Below, piece after piece: positions 48,744 through 62,553 of a stretch of DNA of 64,000 nt (positions are counted from its first letter, which is position 1; each line of letters begins with the position of its first letter). The notes beneath the pieces were generated by a model. That model had not been told where the DNA came from. It did no database searches and saw nothing but the letters and a program-made list of their open reading frames with translations. The stretch is from Laetmonice hystrix (Eukaryota). A program made the translations under genes and the position numbers. Location: the NCBI GenBank assembly GCA_965235115.1, contig OZ249436.1, positions 5,768,001-5,832,000 of the forward strand, read 5' to 3'.

Positions 48744-51130
48744 CAGTGCAAGTGGACCCAGACAATGGACTTCATTAATTACTGTATATGTCACAGGATG
48801 TGGAGGTATACACAGGAACAGTGACAGTCTCCAGGCAAACAGTACAGGCAGCACAATATATAACCACGGGTTGGGGAAGGTTGTTACACAATCAGCCAGA
48901 AACCTGACGATAGTACGTATTAGTGGTGGTGGCTCGGCAGGTCGTGCCCATGGCAGACTGTGCTCAAGTTGCAGGTCGCGCCCTCTAGCGGGACGCTGCT
49001 CACGGAAGGTGGCGCGCTCTACAGGACTCTGGCAGAGCACAAAGAGAATCCAGCTTATCTTGGAAAATTAGCGCCGGCCGTCGTGCAGAACTCCCCCCTC
49101 GGAAAAAGACTGAAAAAAGGAGAAGTTGATTTATAGACTGAAGGGGGATCGAGGCAAAGTGATAGCAGAGGGCTGGTTGAGCCATCTCCTCCTAACACAA
49201 CTTGAAGAAAGGCAATCAGAGTAAAGGGTTTGGTAGGGAAAAAAACTGCCACATCCTAGGGAGACAGTTCTTTTTATATATGAAATATATGTCTATATAT
49301 ATTGACTTACATTTGATCGGATGTGATGACCACGTTAGTAGAAAGATGTAAAGACATTTTTCCCCAAGATGTATTGATTATGGCCGGTGTACCAGCAAAC
49401 GTGGTCAAAGACACAGAAACCTTTCAGTCATACGGTGATCAGCTTCTGCGCAAAGCTGGACTTGGCTGTGACTTTTTTCCATCGAAGATTATTCATAGTA
49501 TTGCCTCAAACCCAGCCAATATTCTTTCACTATCAATATGTTTGTTAGGGTTTGTGTGGTACTACGATCGCGTTTCTTTTTTTATCTGGGCTATCCAAAC
49601 TTGCTTTGTGAGCTGAAGTTTTACCGACTGCTGTGAAGAATATTTCAAACTGAAGAGGTCCTTTTGTAGTACACATTGATGACAGATCAGAAAGAAAGTT
49701 GGGGGTTTGCTGTAGTATATATGTGCAAATATCAGGAAACTTCTCCGCTTGGCTGTTTGTGTGGCACCTGATCATGGTATCATCTTACTAACTGTTTTTG
49801 ACAATTGGTTTGTCTTGGATATCGGCCTCTGAGAAACCGTGCCCTTATTATCCATCTAGCAATTCCTGCTGCAAACGTTTCACTTGCTGCCTTTAGGGCA
49901 GCTATATTGTGGGATTCCCGCAACATTAGACTCCTTTTAATGGCGCATTTTCATATAATCAGTGGGCCAAAGTTGCCCCTGTTCCAATTAAATGATGGAC
50001 CTGTATTCACCCCCCCTCCCCAATTCCTAAAAGAAACGTTGTTTATAAAGAGCAATCTATACCAGTTGTGTGTGAGGAAAGCCAGTGTGTACAGTTGAGG
50101 ATATCTGAACAAATCGCCATTCTGTCTAGGCGGTGACCTTTTTGATTTTCATTCACCTTGGGTTTGCTGAGGTTTATTTGTGAGATCGTAGTAATTGATA
50201 GACTAGGCCGGATTCTCAGCATCTGTCAGAATGTTTTTTCACAGCTGTAAATTTGGATATTTCTATATGTTCTGTAAGTAAAACGCCTGGTTTAATTGTA
50301 CCTGCTAAAGCTGGGGTCACAGGTCGCAAAGAAATGGAAATGTGGGAATTGTTTTCACTATGATCGCTTCATTATCCAAAAATGATTTTGTGAAATGGAT
50401 TTAAGCTATGAGCTGTTAATTTAGCTCCTTAATAACATTGTACAGATTTCTCTAGTATTAAATGACGGTTTGTATAGTAGATGTTTGGTGAACACAAGGG
50501 ATGCACGTGTAGCTGTCAGGGGGAGTGGGCTTTGAACGACTCCGTTTCTTTACTCCGTATTTGCATGGCACCAGAGCGCATTGTTCATCTTAACATTGCA
50601 TTCACATTTATTTATTTTTTTTGTGTTTGTAACCTTTGAATGCGGCGGCCAATGTTCACTCGGTTGATTGCTATATTGTTGTTTTGATAAAGACGTGAAA
50701 GAGACGTATTTTAGATCCTTGTTTAGAGGCTGTGACAGTCGTCATAGGTCTACCTGTCGGCAGCACAGTACGTGGAGGCTGTGAGCAAAAATAAAAAGTG
50801 ACCACTCCCCTTGAGCAACGGGTTTAAAAATTTCTCCCCCTTTTTTTCTAACATTTCATCCTCAGATTGCCTGACATGGAACGGGCAAATATTTCTATAT
50901 GCAAAGATTAGGTTAGCACTATCAAAAAATGTGGCAATGTGTCAAAGTGCCTGACTCGTCCAGAGCTTTAAGACTGTCACAACATACTGGTATATATATA
51001 TATAGATGTGTGTGTATATTAACTATAAACAAAATACCACTTTGGTCTCCGTTGCCTACCAACATTGTATTCAATCCATAATAGTCGATCAGATACGTAT
51101 AAAATAAAACGGTCAAGACTGTACCCCCTT
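48744..51130 (+). other. Probable long 3' UTR of WAPL; end uncertain
   Basis: Repeat-free, T-rich sequence after the stop. AATAAA candidates near 50790, 51103, 51840 and 52020. Confidence 0.45.
48978..48991 (-). promoter_or_regulatory. Candidate CTCF core site
   Basis: Reverse complement reads CCGCTAGAGGGCGC. Confidence 0.5.
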
Positions 51131-53724
51131 TTGTGATAGGTGGAGGCAGTCAGTTGTGAGTGAATGTTTGGCTGATTGGCAGGTACTTGACCAGGTTATT
51201 GTTGGAAATCTACTGAGGAGAGATGTGTGGATTGAGCTGGTTTAAGGGTAATACTTTGTGCCTCGTCTTGTCACGTAACAAAAGAGAGAAAATTATCGTT
51301 GCCCTAACCAGATTTTAACAAAAACTGTGACATATTTTTACGCCGATTTCTAATCGTGTAAGTTTAAGAATGGATTATTGTACATGTTTTATGAGAACCA
51401 TGTATTTCCAAAGGGAACCAGGCCACATGTGGATAAGTGAACAAACCTGAGGGTAGCTCACTTGGCCGTCACAGAACACGTCAATCATCCCCATGCCCAT
51501 GCCTGTGGGTATTTATTTTTTAAAACACCAAGTCTGTATTGAAAGAAAAAGGACAAAAGATCCGGGGTTGAAAACCAAGGGGAGTGTCCATTCCTTCTCT
51601 GGTCCAGCTGAAACATGTCTTAATCTTAATCATCATGTCAGAAGGATTATTCATTCTTGACGTATTTGTTGAAAGACTGGGCTGTGTATATGTAGGGACA
51701 CGCCTAAGGAAGAAGACCAAACCAGAACCTGAGGACTCTGTAAACGCTCCAACAACTGGGCCCACAAAGACTGCACACTGGGCCCACAAAGACTGCACAC
51801 AGGTCTCTACAGACGCCAGCTGCACTCCTCAGCAGAATCAATAAATAGTCCATGAGGTATATAATATTCATTTCTTTGTTACGTTTGATTATTTAGACAG
51901 ACAAGACCATGAATGAATGGGGCAGATGAAATACGTCCTAGATTGAGTAAAGTGGTCAGTGACCTCAAGTTTATTAGCTCTTTTAGTTCAAACATGTCGC
52001 TTTGTTAGTACTTATAAATAATAAAGTCAGGATGAAGACCTCTGCACCATTCATACTCTTCTCCTTCAACTGTTCTTGGCGTTTCATTTGCCGATTAGGC
52101 CCTGTGCATGCTATCCAATAAGTGTTCCGAAGTAAGGGAAAACTTTAAAATTCTGCTAATAATAATTTAAAAGCTTTAAGGCTATACGGCTGAAAATCAA
52201 AAACCACAAACGCTGCCATCGAAGATGAAATATCTCTTCAGAAGAATTGGTTTTGCGCACTGCTAAGTTTTACAAATTCAGAAATGAGAGTAAAAAATGG
52301 TAGGAAAGTTAAAGATGTTAAACGTTTTGTAATTGCTACTTTTAAAAGCTTGTTGACGTTTTGTTAATTTTGTTGTTTTTTAAGATTACATTCATTGATC
52401 GTTAATTTACAAAGCTAGGAGTTAATGGTCATGTACACAAGTATAGAAGTTTGATATGATGAGACCTGCTTGTTCCTACAAGTTACCACGGGAATTCTCA
52501 AAGTACCGTTCTTAATTTATGTGATGTGAAGAATGGTTACAGGTATGTATGGGCATGAGTTATTAATAACATTTTAAAAAGAAATATGAAGTTAACTTTT
52601 ACCATATTTCGTAATTACATTTAGTTTTAGAGGTCGTACGTTATCGAAGATGAGTATCTCAGTGGGTACATTAAAATGATTATGCTCTAGACTGTATGCG
52701 GAAGACCACGTATTTACTAATTATTTCTAAAATTAATACATGTAGTATATTGCTACCTACTTGTCTCATTATGGCTTTCCAGTTAGCTGAAGGTATTTGT
52801 CATTTGATCGCAGAATTTTTTAATTTATTATTTTTTTTTATTAAGCTGTCTTGTCAACTAGAAGTCCTTGCCGGTAGCTTGTGACATGAGAGATCTATCC
52901 TCGACTGGTGTCATTCCACTGAACCAGGGTGCAGAAGGGCTGAGGTTCTCATTCGGTGGAAAAGCGATCTCTCCCAAATATCGCATTATCTTTGCTGGTT
53001 CATCTTTGCTAGAGTATCACAGTAAAGTTATGGTCGAGGCTATTGGGTTTCTGGGAAGCCCTTAATTAGGTTTCCTGTTATTAGGGCAACATTATTGGGG
53101 GAAAATAAGTAACGTCTCAAATTAAAATGAAGACTCTCCCAGATGGCTGTCAAAATGTAAAAAAATGGTGTACATCTATATCTATATCTATATGGAGATT
53201 TTATCTCATAGTCTGTCAGAGGGAGGGTAAAAGATAACATATTTTAAAGTTGTTTTTTAGCTAATGCAAAGTGGCCGCCTTTTCAATAACAATTATTTAT
53301 TGAAGATTTCATTAATCTTTAATTATGAGCATAATTGTGTTTTGTGGGACGGATGTGGAATGCTGTGGATGGTACATGTTTGGCGGGACGCCATAGGATG
53401 CAGTCGGCCACTGGCAGCAGACTAAAACAACACGTCTGTCTGATGTGTAGCGCCTCAAGTGGCCGCAGTGTGCGCCCCACATAAACACAACATGGGGGCC
53501 TGTTTGCTGTCAAAACAAATCTGTGATAATGGTCCCTCCCTGCCTGGGCCCCCTGTCCACACACTGACAGCTCATGTCAGCCAGCTGTCAATCAAGCCCA
53601 GGTGGCTGTCAATCATTGTAGAGGCCCTGAGGGGAGATCGTGGCAGGAGGCTGGGTAGCGGTATGCCGGGGGTAGGGGGGATGGAACAGACAGATAGGAA
53701 GGTGAGCGAGGTGGGAACCGGAGA

Positions 53725-53862
53725 CGGGCGGACGGCAGGCCGGGCCGGGCTGGGCCGGGCCCCCTCCCACCTCTCCCCCGGGTCTGGGCGGACGGCAGGC
53801 CGGGCCGGGTCGGGCCAGGCCCCCTCCCCCTCCCCACACCTCCCCCTTCTCCCCCGGGTCTG
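53725..53862. repeat. About 60-bp GC-rich tandem duplication
   Basis: gggcggacggcaggccgggccggg...ccccgggtct twice. Confidence 0.8.
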
Positions 53863-55433
53863 GCGCGGAGAGGACGGGACAGGCACCGGCTTTACGTAAC
53901 CTTTCCATTAAGCATACTCGGTCTGCTTGCACCTTCGATAATCTGGCACGACATTAGCCTCTCTCAATAGGTGTTCATTTATCAACTGCCATCAGCAGTC
54001 TGTGCCAATACTCAGTTACCTGATGTTCATTTAGATAGAAGTCGGGAGAGTTTTTATATAACACTGCCCTATTCAGGTATAGCGGAACTGGTGACCGCAT
54101 GGATGCCATCGGCATGACAGCCTTACATGGCTGAAATGACAATTCTATATATATAAAAGTTATACGTCTGATTATATAGTGATAGGTGAGCGTTGGAAGG
54201 CATGGCATAGTCATGTTTATGTCATTGGTCTGATAAGAAACTTTATTTGTCTTGCTTTAAAATGTTATATAGTATCCAGATATACAAGTTTCTATCTGGG
54301 ACTCCTTTGACTTTTCACTGTTGCCAGCGGCACAGAAGAAGCCAGGCGGAGATCTTTGTCCCTCCGACACTATGCTCTTGTAGTGTATAATTAATGAAGT
54401 GGATCAGACGCAGAGTCCTGCTTCACTGCTAAAAGCCTGCCTACTCTTGATGGTTGGTGTTTAGTCACTTAATCTGTCACAAACTGATGGCACTTTAAGT
54501 GAAACTGCAGATTAAGCCAGAAGTTCCTCAGCGTTTTTCCCTGGCATTCCATCATGTAAGATAATCATTGCACATGATCTGCACCTGCAATTAATCTAGT
54601 CCCGCAAAGAAAAAAAAACACCTAGTTTGAAGGAGTCTGTGAATGATCACGCCAATTGAAGGGACTGCTCTTTTTTTAATCATTGAGAGGGAGCTGGTTT
54701 TAAATCATTATGATCTGTAGTGCGTTAGCTGCCTGATCAGTGTATGCATGATGGAGATCTAGACCTGGAAACGGTCTCCCGAGCCTCGCTTCTATCGTGA
54801 CTGATGAGTCCCGTCAGTGTAGCAGGGATACGCCACCGGCTCCCATGTGTAAATCCTACCCCAGTGTGTCTTTTGTGAGCCACCATTACAATCTAGTTAT
54901 GCAAAGAGGCGGGATTATTTTTATCATTTGTACTGATCCAGCTTTACAAATGTATGGGCACATTAGTGTTTTTTCCGTAACCATATTATGATATTGGTTT
55001 GTGATAAAGCACTAGACGTAGACGTAATATCAAAACAAACCAACTTGAAGCGCTGTCATGGTTTTTCTTTGTTTTGTTCTTTGGTTCATCCTTACCATCG
55101 TTCTGTCTTCTTTCTTTCTGTCTATATTTTGTCGTCCTTTCACTCGTCCAGGGCCTACAACGTTGCCGAGAATATAAGAACTTTGCTGGGTCATTGAATA
55201 GATTACATCAATAAACATATGGATAACATTAATTGATACATTAGATCTATATGTACAGATTCATTAGTAATTATACGCTTCAGACGTCTCTCTCAATCAT
55301 CGCGATCAAATGTAGGAACTTGATAACTGTAACCATTGGAATGTGGGATATTTATTGGCTGAGTGAACGCTAACTTATATAGACGGTGTCTATATTTAAG
55401 GCGAGTCTGGAATAGGAACTGTTTTTATTAAGA

Positions 55434-55627
55434 CAGTGGGGGATCCAGGGGGGGGCCTAGGGGGCCGGGCCTCCTTAGATTTTCCTCTTTGTTTTTAATG
55501 AAAATGCATTAGACTAGTACAGTCAAAATTAAAAGCCGAGCATAGCGAGGCAAAAACAATTTTAAGTAACCCACCTTATCAAAATCCTGGTACCCCACCC
55601 CCGGTCGAAATCGTGGATCCCGCACTG
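55434..55627. mobile_element. MITE (CAGTG..GGATCCA TIR) with 5-bp TSD taaga
   Basis: taaga|cagtgggggatcca ... tggatcccgcactg|taaga. Confidence 0.8.
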
Positions 55628-58600
55628 TAAGATGATAAACCTTCAGTTTTTAAAAAGATTTTAGCGGGGATGAAGAGAGATATTTTCTGGAAAGGTTCCA
55701 GTTTAGTTGCCACCTGTTTGTAGACAACATTATTCCCATATAACATTATTCATATATAAATCAGTGGAGCTAATGCATTCGGAAAGACTGCCGGACATAA
55801 TTGTTTTCCATTCAGATTTCAAATATTGATAGCGTCGATAGGTCATCATTTCAAAGAGACAATTTGCGTAAATCTATTGAAAACAATTCTTTTCCTCCAT
55901 TGAAATATGGTTCTAAGTAGTAAAATGTTAACGCTGCAGATAAAGTTCTTCAGAAGGTTACCTTTTGCCCTCAGCAATATCATGTTAAAAGTTAAAGATT
56001 GAGTGATCAGTGAAAAGTATAGAGAAATGGAGTTAAAGGTGACCGTCCCGTTACCGTTCGGACCGAACGCTATCTGCGAGATAAGGCTCGTAAGGATTGC
56101 CCTAAATACGACCATACCGGAAGTACTGCGTGCATTAGTCGGATGTAGCGTTCTGATATCTCGAGTCAGGGAATGGCCGTGACGTCATCAAAGAGGCGAG
56201 AAATGATGTATATTCTATTGTTTCTGGATGGTTTATCTTATTTTAACCCTTTTGTGACGTCACGGCCATAACCAAATTTGGGCGATAGCTCACTGGCTTA
56301 TACTTTATAGCGACATTTTGTAAATTCAAGGAATGACATGTCTCCTCACCGACATTATGCATGACCTAAATATAAAAGGTTCAAATAGTATTATTTAATG
56401 GGTTCACTGCTTGCAAAATATTATTTGCACTTTGCTATATTAAATAGCATTTGGTCCTCCAGGTCGATTTCAGAACATAGTAACTTCAATCCTAACGGTT
56501 TATCACTCATATAGTTAAAATACGTCTGTATCTCCATCTTAAATTGGTGAAATGATAAAAAATATAATGATACTCCCCCCCCCCCAAGGTTTTGGAGACC
56601 TAACCGAAGATCTGATTGGCAGGTCGGGACAGAACCAACCTCCAGCGGCTCCAGGACCCAGAGACAAGGGGCTGAGAGAAAGAAGCCGTGGTTCCATTGT
56701 TCGTGGAAGGTTCCATGCTGCAGGAATGTGACAAATGTTCACACAATCACACCAGTGTCACCTGTTTTAAGCCACAGGTAATTTATGTTTTCCTCTTTTC
56801 TCCCATGAAATATGACTGCAAGGATCCACCTGTCTTGCCACTCTTTGTGCTCGGCTGCTGTTCGCTTGGCTGTCGTTCCGTTCCAAACCAGCCGCTCCAG
56901 TCGCGTCATTACGCCAAGACAAAGTGGCACGAATACCCTCGACCTTTCAAGAATCCATCTTTCCTTTCACAGCAGACTATGATGGATGATCAGCCTATTG
57001 TAATTCCCATTTAAATGCATCAACATTGTGCAATCAACTGACAAATTCTACATTAAAATGCACCCATATGGAAACATGCCTGCTCGTTACAACGTCACTT
57101 TGCCAATTGGGCCTCATTTCTAATTGATGGCAGCGGCAGTAAATAATTCGCTGAGTGCAAAGTGAACTGCAGCTCCATGCTATTTCTCAAGAAGATAGAT
57201 TGCCACTACCGTGATTTCTTTTCTCTTCAAATTTCCTTGTCATATTAAAGTCATCTGTTTTGTGTTTTTGATTCATGAATTGTCATATATCTTCATGTGT
57301 TCCAAAGGCCATCCATTATGCTGTCGGCACTGCCTCCGTTAGCGGAGATACTGTCGTTCTGCCGTCAGACCGTCTTAAGTAGACACTGGCAGTCAAATCG
57401 GGCAGAAAGGCTCGCCGAAATCAAACAGAAAACTGCTGTCAAACCTAACACAGGGTCCTGTTATCCGTTACCAATTTATAACAACAGAGGGGAATCATTA
57501 CTGCCCAGGATTCGGTCATTGCCTCCTTCCTTTCTTATTTTTGTGTCAAATTGTTTTATTCGCTGCAGGGTCCCCATGACACGCTGTGCGCAAGTCTGGT
57601 TTGGTCGTATGGGGCCTGCACCAGTTGACCCTAGAATGGATTCTTCCAGGTAGGTCCGACATCGGCAGCCATGGTTTTATCTTCTTTGAAGTCCTGAGCT
57701 TGATGACTGTCACCTGTGGGTGAGCTTCTGACGTTGCACTGAGCTTATCATCCCTGGTGCCTTGTCACTTGTGTCTTCACAAGCGGGCCCACCAATGACA
57801 AAGACTTGCCTAACCCACCGTCTCTGTCTTCTCTTATAGCAAACTTCCCTCCTAGACTTAGCACTATCCTGCAATATTATTTCACAACACACATCTAAAT
57901 CTATGGTATTATGCCAAAAACCCTCAGCCCCAAGAGCAACATGTACTTGCAGGCAAAATTCAGTGATTCTGGTGGAGGTTTTTGAGATGGCACCACCCGT
58001 TGTGGGGGTAAATCCATCTCAAACGCAGCTTTAGTCTAAAGATCGGAGCCGAACTCCGGGGAGGCCGCGAAAAAATTCCTCCCAGGTAATCGGAGCCGAG
58101 ATGAAAGGCACCGAAGAAAATAGCGGCGGTGAGTGTGAGAGGCTTATTGAGCTTACAAGGCTGTCAATCATGGCGAACCGCCGGACTGCGGTGTCTGTTT
58201 TCATGGCGCATGTCAACTAACAGGCCTTTCATGCCGGCCGTGTGACAACACCCTCCTGACACGGGGATCACCACTCCCGCGCTGTCAAAACATGATCGCT
58301 GACTTTGAAAAACACCCAGAGTGCCTATCAATTTTCTGGCTGGTGAAATGGGCGAGTGAGTTTGAACAGTGGCCAGGGTCTGGGTTTGTTGAAAGCCCAT
58401 GCGACTTCACTTCTGAGTGGATGTGAGCACGCAGGGCTGCGCAGTCCTAGGTTCTGTGGGTCCTGCCTGATTCAGAGTTATTGAGCCCTTTTAAGAAACC
58501 CCCTGGCTGATGCCATTAAGGATTCACTTTGTAATTTGTCGAGGGGATGGTCTAAATTCTTGTCCTTCCTTCGTGATATTTTTATGCTGATTTCAAACGC

Positions 58601-59119
58601 TTCAGAAAGGACCCCTGACAGTGCCAGAATGCTTAGATCTACTAATGCTGATAGTCGACAACAGGAAACATGTTTTTGTCGTTATTAAGTAGATTTTCAT
58701 CAACTTCACTGCTCTTTTACGTCCTGAAGTAACTGCATTTTTTCCATGAAATACGTCCATACTTCTTATACAGTATTAGAATGTCAAACAAAATAGAAAA
58801 AAATAGTCTTTTAGCCGGTCGCTCTAGGGCATTCTGTATTTTTTTCAAACCTTCATTATATTTTTATATTTAAAATTATTCGTTTTCTTTTAAGAAATAT
58901 AGAAAGGTTTAGGATCTTCGTGATTGATTGGTGTACCACCAATACATAGTTACTTGTATATAAAAGTAGAAGGATTAAGGTTCATGTAGCTTCTTACGTC
59001 TGTGTTTCTACATGCTTGTTCCATTCAAGGTAACCTATTGTACTTTTGGTCTAAAGGGAAACTCGAGGAACCGCTGTAGAGTACAAACTTTTGAGTTTGG
59101 GTTTAAATACTGCACTGGT

Positions 59120-59391
59120 CAGGTGCGTAGGAAAAGGGGGGACATGCCCCCCTTTGATGTGGGGGGCCAGAGTATCTTTTGGCCCCCCCAACCTTTTACT
59201 CAGTCCCTGTCATATACCTTATTTTGTGTTCTAAAATGCACCAGATGTCCCCAAAATAACATGAAATTTTAAAGTTTTCCCGGGGGAGCGAGCTACCCCC
59301 GGACCCCCTAGCTACGCTTCGCGCCTTTGGCACTCGTGATGGATTCATTTCCTCTCCCCCCCTCACTTTTCATGACCTTCCTACGCCCCTA
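59120..59391. mobile_element. MITE with 7-bp TSD cactggt
   Basis: cactggt|caggtgcgtaggaa ... ttcctacgccccta|cactggt. Confidence 0.75.
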
Positions 59392-62052
59392 CACTGGTTA
59401 GATACTTCATCATATTTCTTTAGTTTACAACGTGACATTCAGGCTCTCAAATGTGTCTGGGCATTAATTTTGATCAGGTGCCTGTACGTGACGTAACTGG
59501 GTCACAGGTCGGCTAACTGGGTCAATCAGCAGGAGCGTTGACGTTGACGAAGTGCATCCTCACAGATAATGTGAGGGAAAAGGAATGTATAGTTCAAAGT
59601 CAGCTTGTCATGTATGATGTAGCCAATATGTTTATATTTTATTGCACTTCATAGTTTAGCTCGCCGTATCGGTGTTGGTGAAGGGGAACCTTTAAAATGG
59701 TTTCTGACTGAATCATGATGTTGTTGAGAGAGTAAGTTTGTGATGCTGGAGTCAGTGGTTTTGTGAGGTTGGAGTTAGGAGTGACTGACGGTTGGAAGTG
59801 GACACGTTGGGTGTGGATCTGAACGTGTGTGGTCCAGCATGCCACCTCGGCTACAGGTTCAGGGGGATCACATAGCACCAGTACTTGCAGATCTCTTTAA
59901 GTCTATCTGCAGACGACATAACAGATATGGAAGCCAGGCGGCATTCCCAGCCAGCCGTTTGTTCCTACCTTGGCTACCTGTCACAGTGGAAAGGTGTGCA
60001 GAATTCTCATCTGAGTCACACACGTGTGTTTACTGTTTAACTTGTGTAGAATAGTTATGGCGGTATTATGGTGGGCAGACCGACCCGTTCTGTTTGCCCT
60101 CACACCCGCCATTGTGGCCTCCGATGTGACAAAATTTAGTTTGCCCACCTCACACCAAGCCGACAATTTGCTCACTGTGATTGGTAAAACTCACCACTTC
60201 TCAAAAACTTTGCTCAGCACTCGCAGGTCGAGAGAGGGTCGTCTTTGAACCTCGCCGCTAAGTCGTGTCTCATTTTGCCTAGCTTTACAGGTGTGTGCTC
60301 ACCGCAAACACCGAGTCACTTGAGAGCACTTTGCAGGAAGAAGAGAGTGTGTTTTGACAGTGTTAGCAGGCTGGCCTGCCATGCCCCAACAGCGGCCGCC
60401 AGACAGCAGGTCAGATGAAGGTCGCAGTACTTGGGGACAATTGAGGGCCATGCGGTTGGGCTAACAACAGAGGTGGAGCACTAGGATTGAAGGCAACTGC
60501 TAGGGCCATCCCCTCTGTACTCCCAACTCAAACATCTCTCACCACACAAACACATCCCACGCCAGCCAATAATCGGCGCCTTTTCAGAAACAATGCATCG
60601 CAATGGCAAACAATCGATCCGTAATCTTCAACTCCAGCTTAGTCCCAATTACACCATCACGTGTGAACTAAGAAGATGGGTTCCTGAGGCAATGTAAAGC
60701 TAGTGAAATATTGTGTCTGTGAAATTTCCTGCTTAAGCCTTCTTTGGTGGCAGCTCCCACTCAGCAAACATTTGAATTTCAAGAGGGATTGTCAGCCAGT
60801 TTCAAAGTAGACCGCCTTTGCCGCCCAGATTGAATGTCAACTTCTAAAGCACTTGAACGCAAACTGGAGAGATATAAAATTATTGCCTGGCCTGTTTAAA
60901 ACATGCGCTTTTTTTGAGGTATTCAATGGCAGCTGTCAAATTACCTTGAGTTGAACTTGTCAGGAAAACAGAACTCGTCTTTCAGAACTATCCCTTTTTT
61001 TACTTACTAAAATATTTCAGGTGTCAGTGAGCTACAAAATATAGCAAAGAAGGTTCTTTATATTTTGATGTTATTTTGATCAACAAGACGAAGCTTAGTC
61101 TATGAGTAGATAACAATGGAACTCAAATTTGAGGTATATCATCATATCATAAATATATATTTGAAACACCAGTCACCATATGACGTAATGAAAGCGCCTA
61201 ATCAGATGCTCTGAATATCTTTTATAGAGTACACTAGTAACAGTAACATGGTAAAATATCGTGCAACAAAAACGGATTATAATTCTAATTCACGAATACA
61301 AGTTTTCCATCTGGACATACATGGTGGATCGCGTGCCCTGTACGTTTGAATGTTGCCAGTATTATGTTGATAGATGGTTAGTGTATCTTGATTGCTGGTG
61401 CGTGCAATAACTTGAAAACATGCTTCAGAAAGACAATAGACAAAACTTCTAGCCTGACTGATTTTTACCCCGTTATTTTTATATCTTACAACTTTTATAT
61501 ACACGTTATTTTTATATCTTGCAACTTTACGCGTTATTTTTTATATTTCTTAAGATATATGTAGCTTACACGTTACATTCATACTATGTGGTGGTGGTAT
61601 GCCTGAAATATTGACGTATAACTTCCAGATGTGGTTTCTGTATTTTTTTTCGTACCATTTACATTAACTTGGTCCTCCCGGGGCCCGCTGGACCCCCTGG
61701 ATTACTTTGATCTGCACAGGGGGCCCAGAATATGTGGGGGGTCTCTGTGGCCTGGTGATGTGGGCGGGCAGGGTATAAACAGTGAGCATATCGTGCACTC
61801 CTGGCTTCTGTTGTGGATTCCTACTCTGTAACGTCCTGGCTGTACTCGGTAACTAGGTATTCGGTAACTAGGCCACCAGAGCGCCCCTATCGGAACCTTT
61901 CGTCATCATCTCATCATTTATCACATAATTTTGCTGATATGTACTGCAGCCGAGTAAAAGGCGCAGATCAGTTTTGGAATAAAAGAAAAACACTGAAAAA
62001 AATTTTCCGACGCCAGAAATAGCAACGTCCTTCTACGTTATCATCCCCAACC

Positions 62053-62553
62053 CGTGGGGCCGTATACGGGAGGTTTCTTCACCAAGTTGAACCTGTTCAA
62101 TCCGTGAGGCCGTATACGGGAGGTTTCTTCACCAAGTTGAACCTGTTCAATCCGTAAAGCCGTATACGGGAGGTTTCTTCACCAAGTTGAACCTGTTCAA
62201 TCCGTGAGGCCGTATACGGGAGGTTTCTTCACCAAGTTGAACCTGTTCATCCCCAATCCATGAGGCCGTATACGGGAGGTTTCTTCACCAAGTTGAACCT
62301 GTTCAATCCGTGAGGCCGTATACGGGAGGTTTCTTCACCAAGTTGAACCTGTTCAATCCGTGAGGCCGTATACGGGAGGTTTCTTCACCAAGTTGAACCT
62401 GTTCAATCCGTGAGGCCGTATACGGGAGGTTTCTTCACCAAGTTGAACCTGTTAAACCCGTGAGGCCGTATACGGGAGGTTTCTTCACCAAGTTGAACCT
62501 GTTCAATCCGTGAGGCCGTATACGGGAGGTTTCTTCACCAAGTTGAGCCTGTT
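62053..62553. repeat. Minisatellite, 50-bp unit, about 10 copies
   Basis: ggccgtatacgggaggtttcttcaccaagttgaacctgttcaatccgtga. Confidence 0.96.

Noticed and set aside
49323..49616. 97-aa ORF after the WAPL stop
   Set aside because: No recognisable homology or splice structure; lies in the probable 3' UTR
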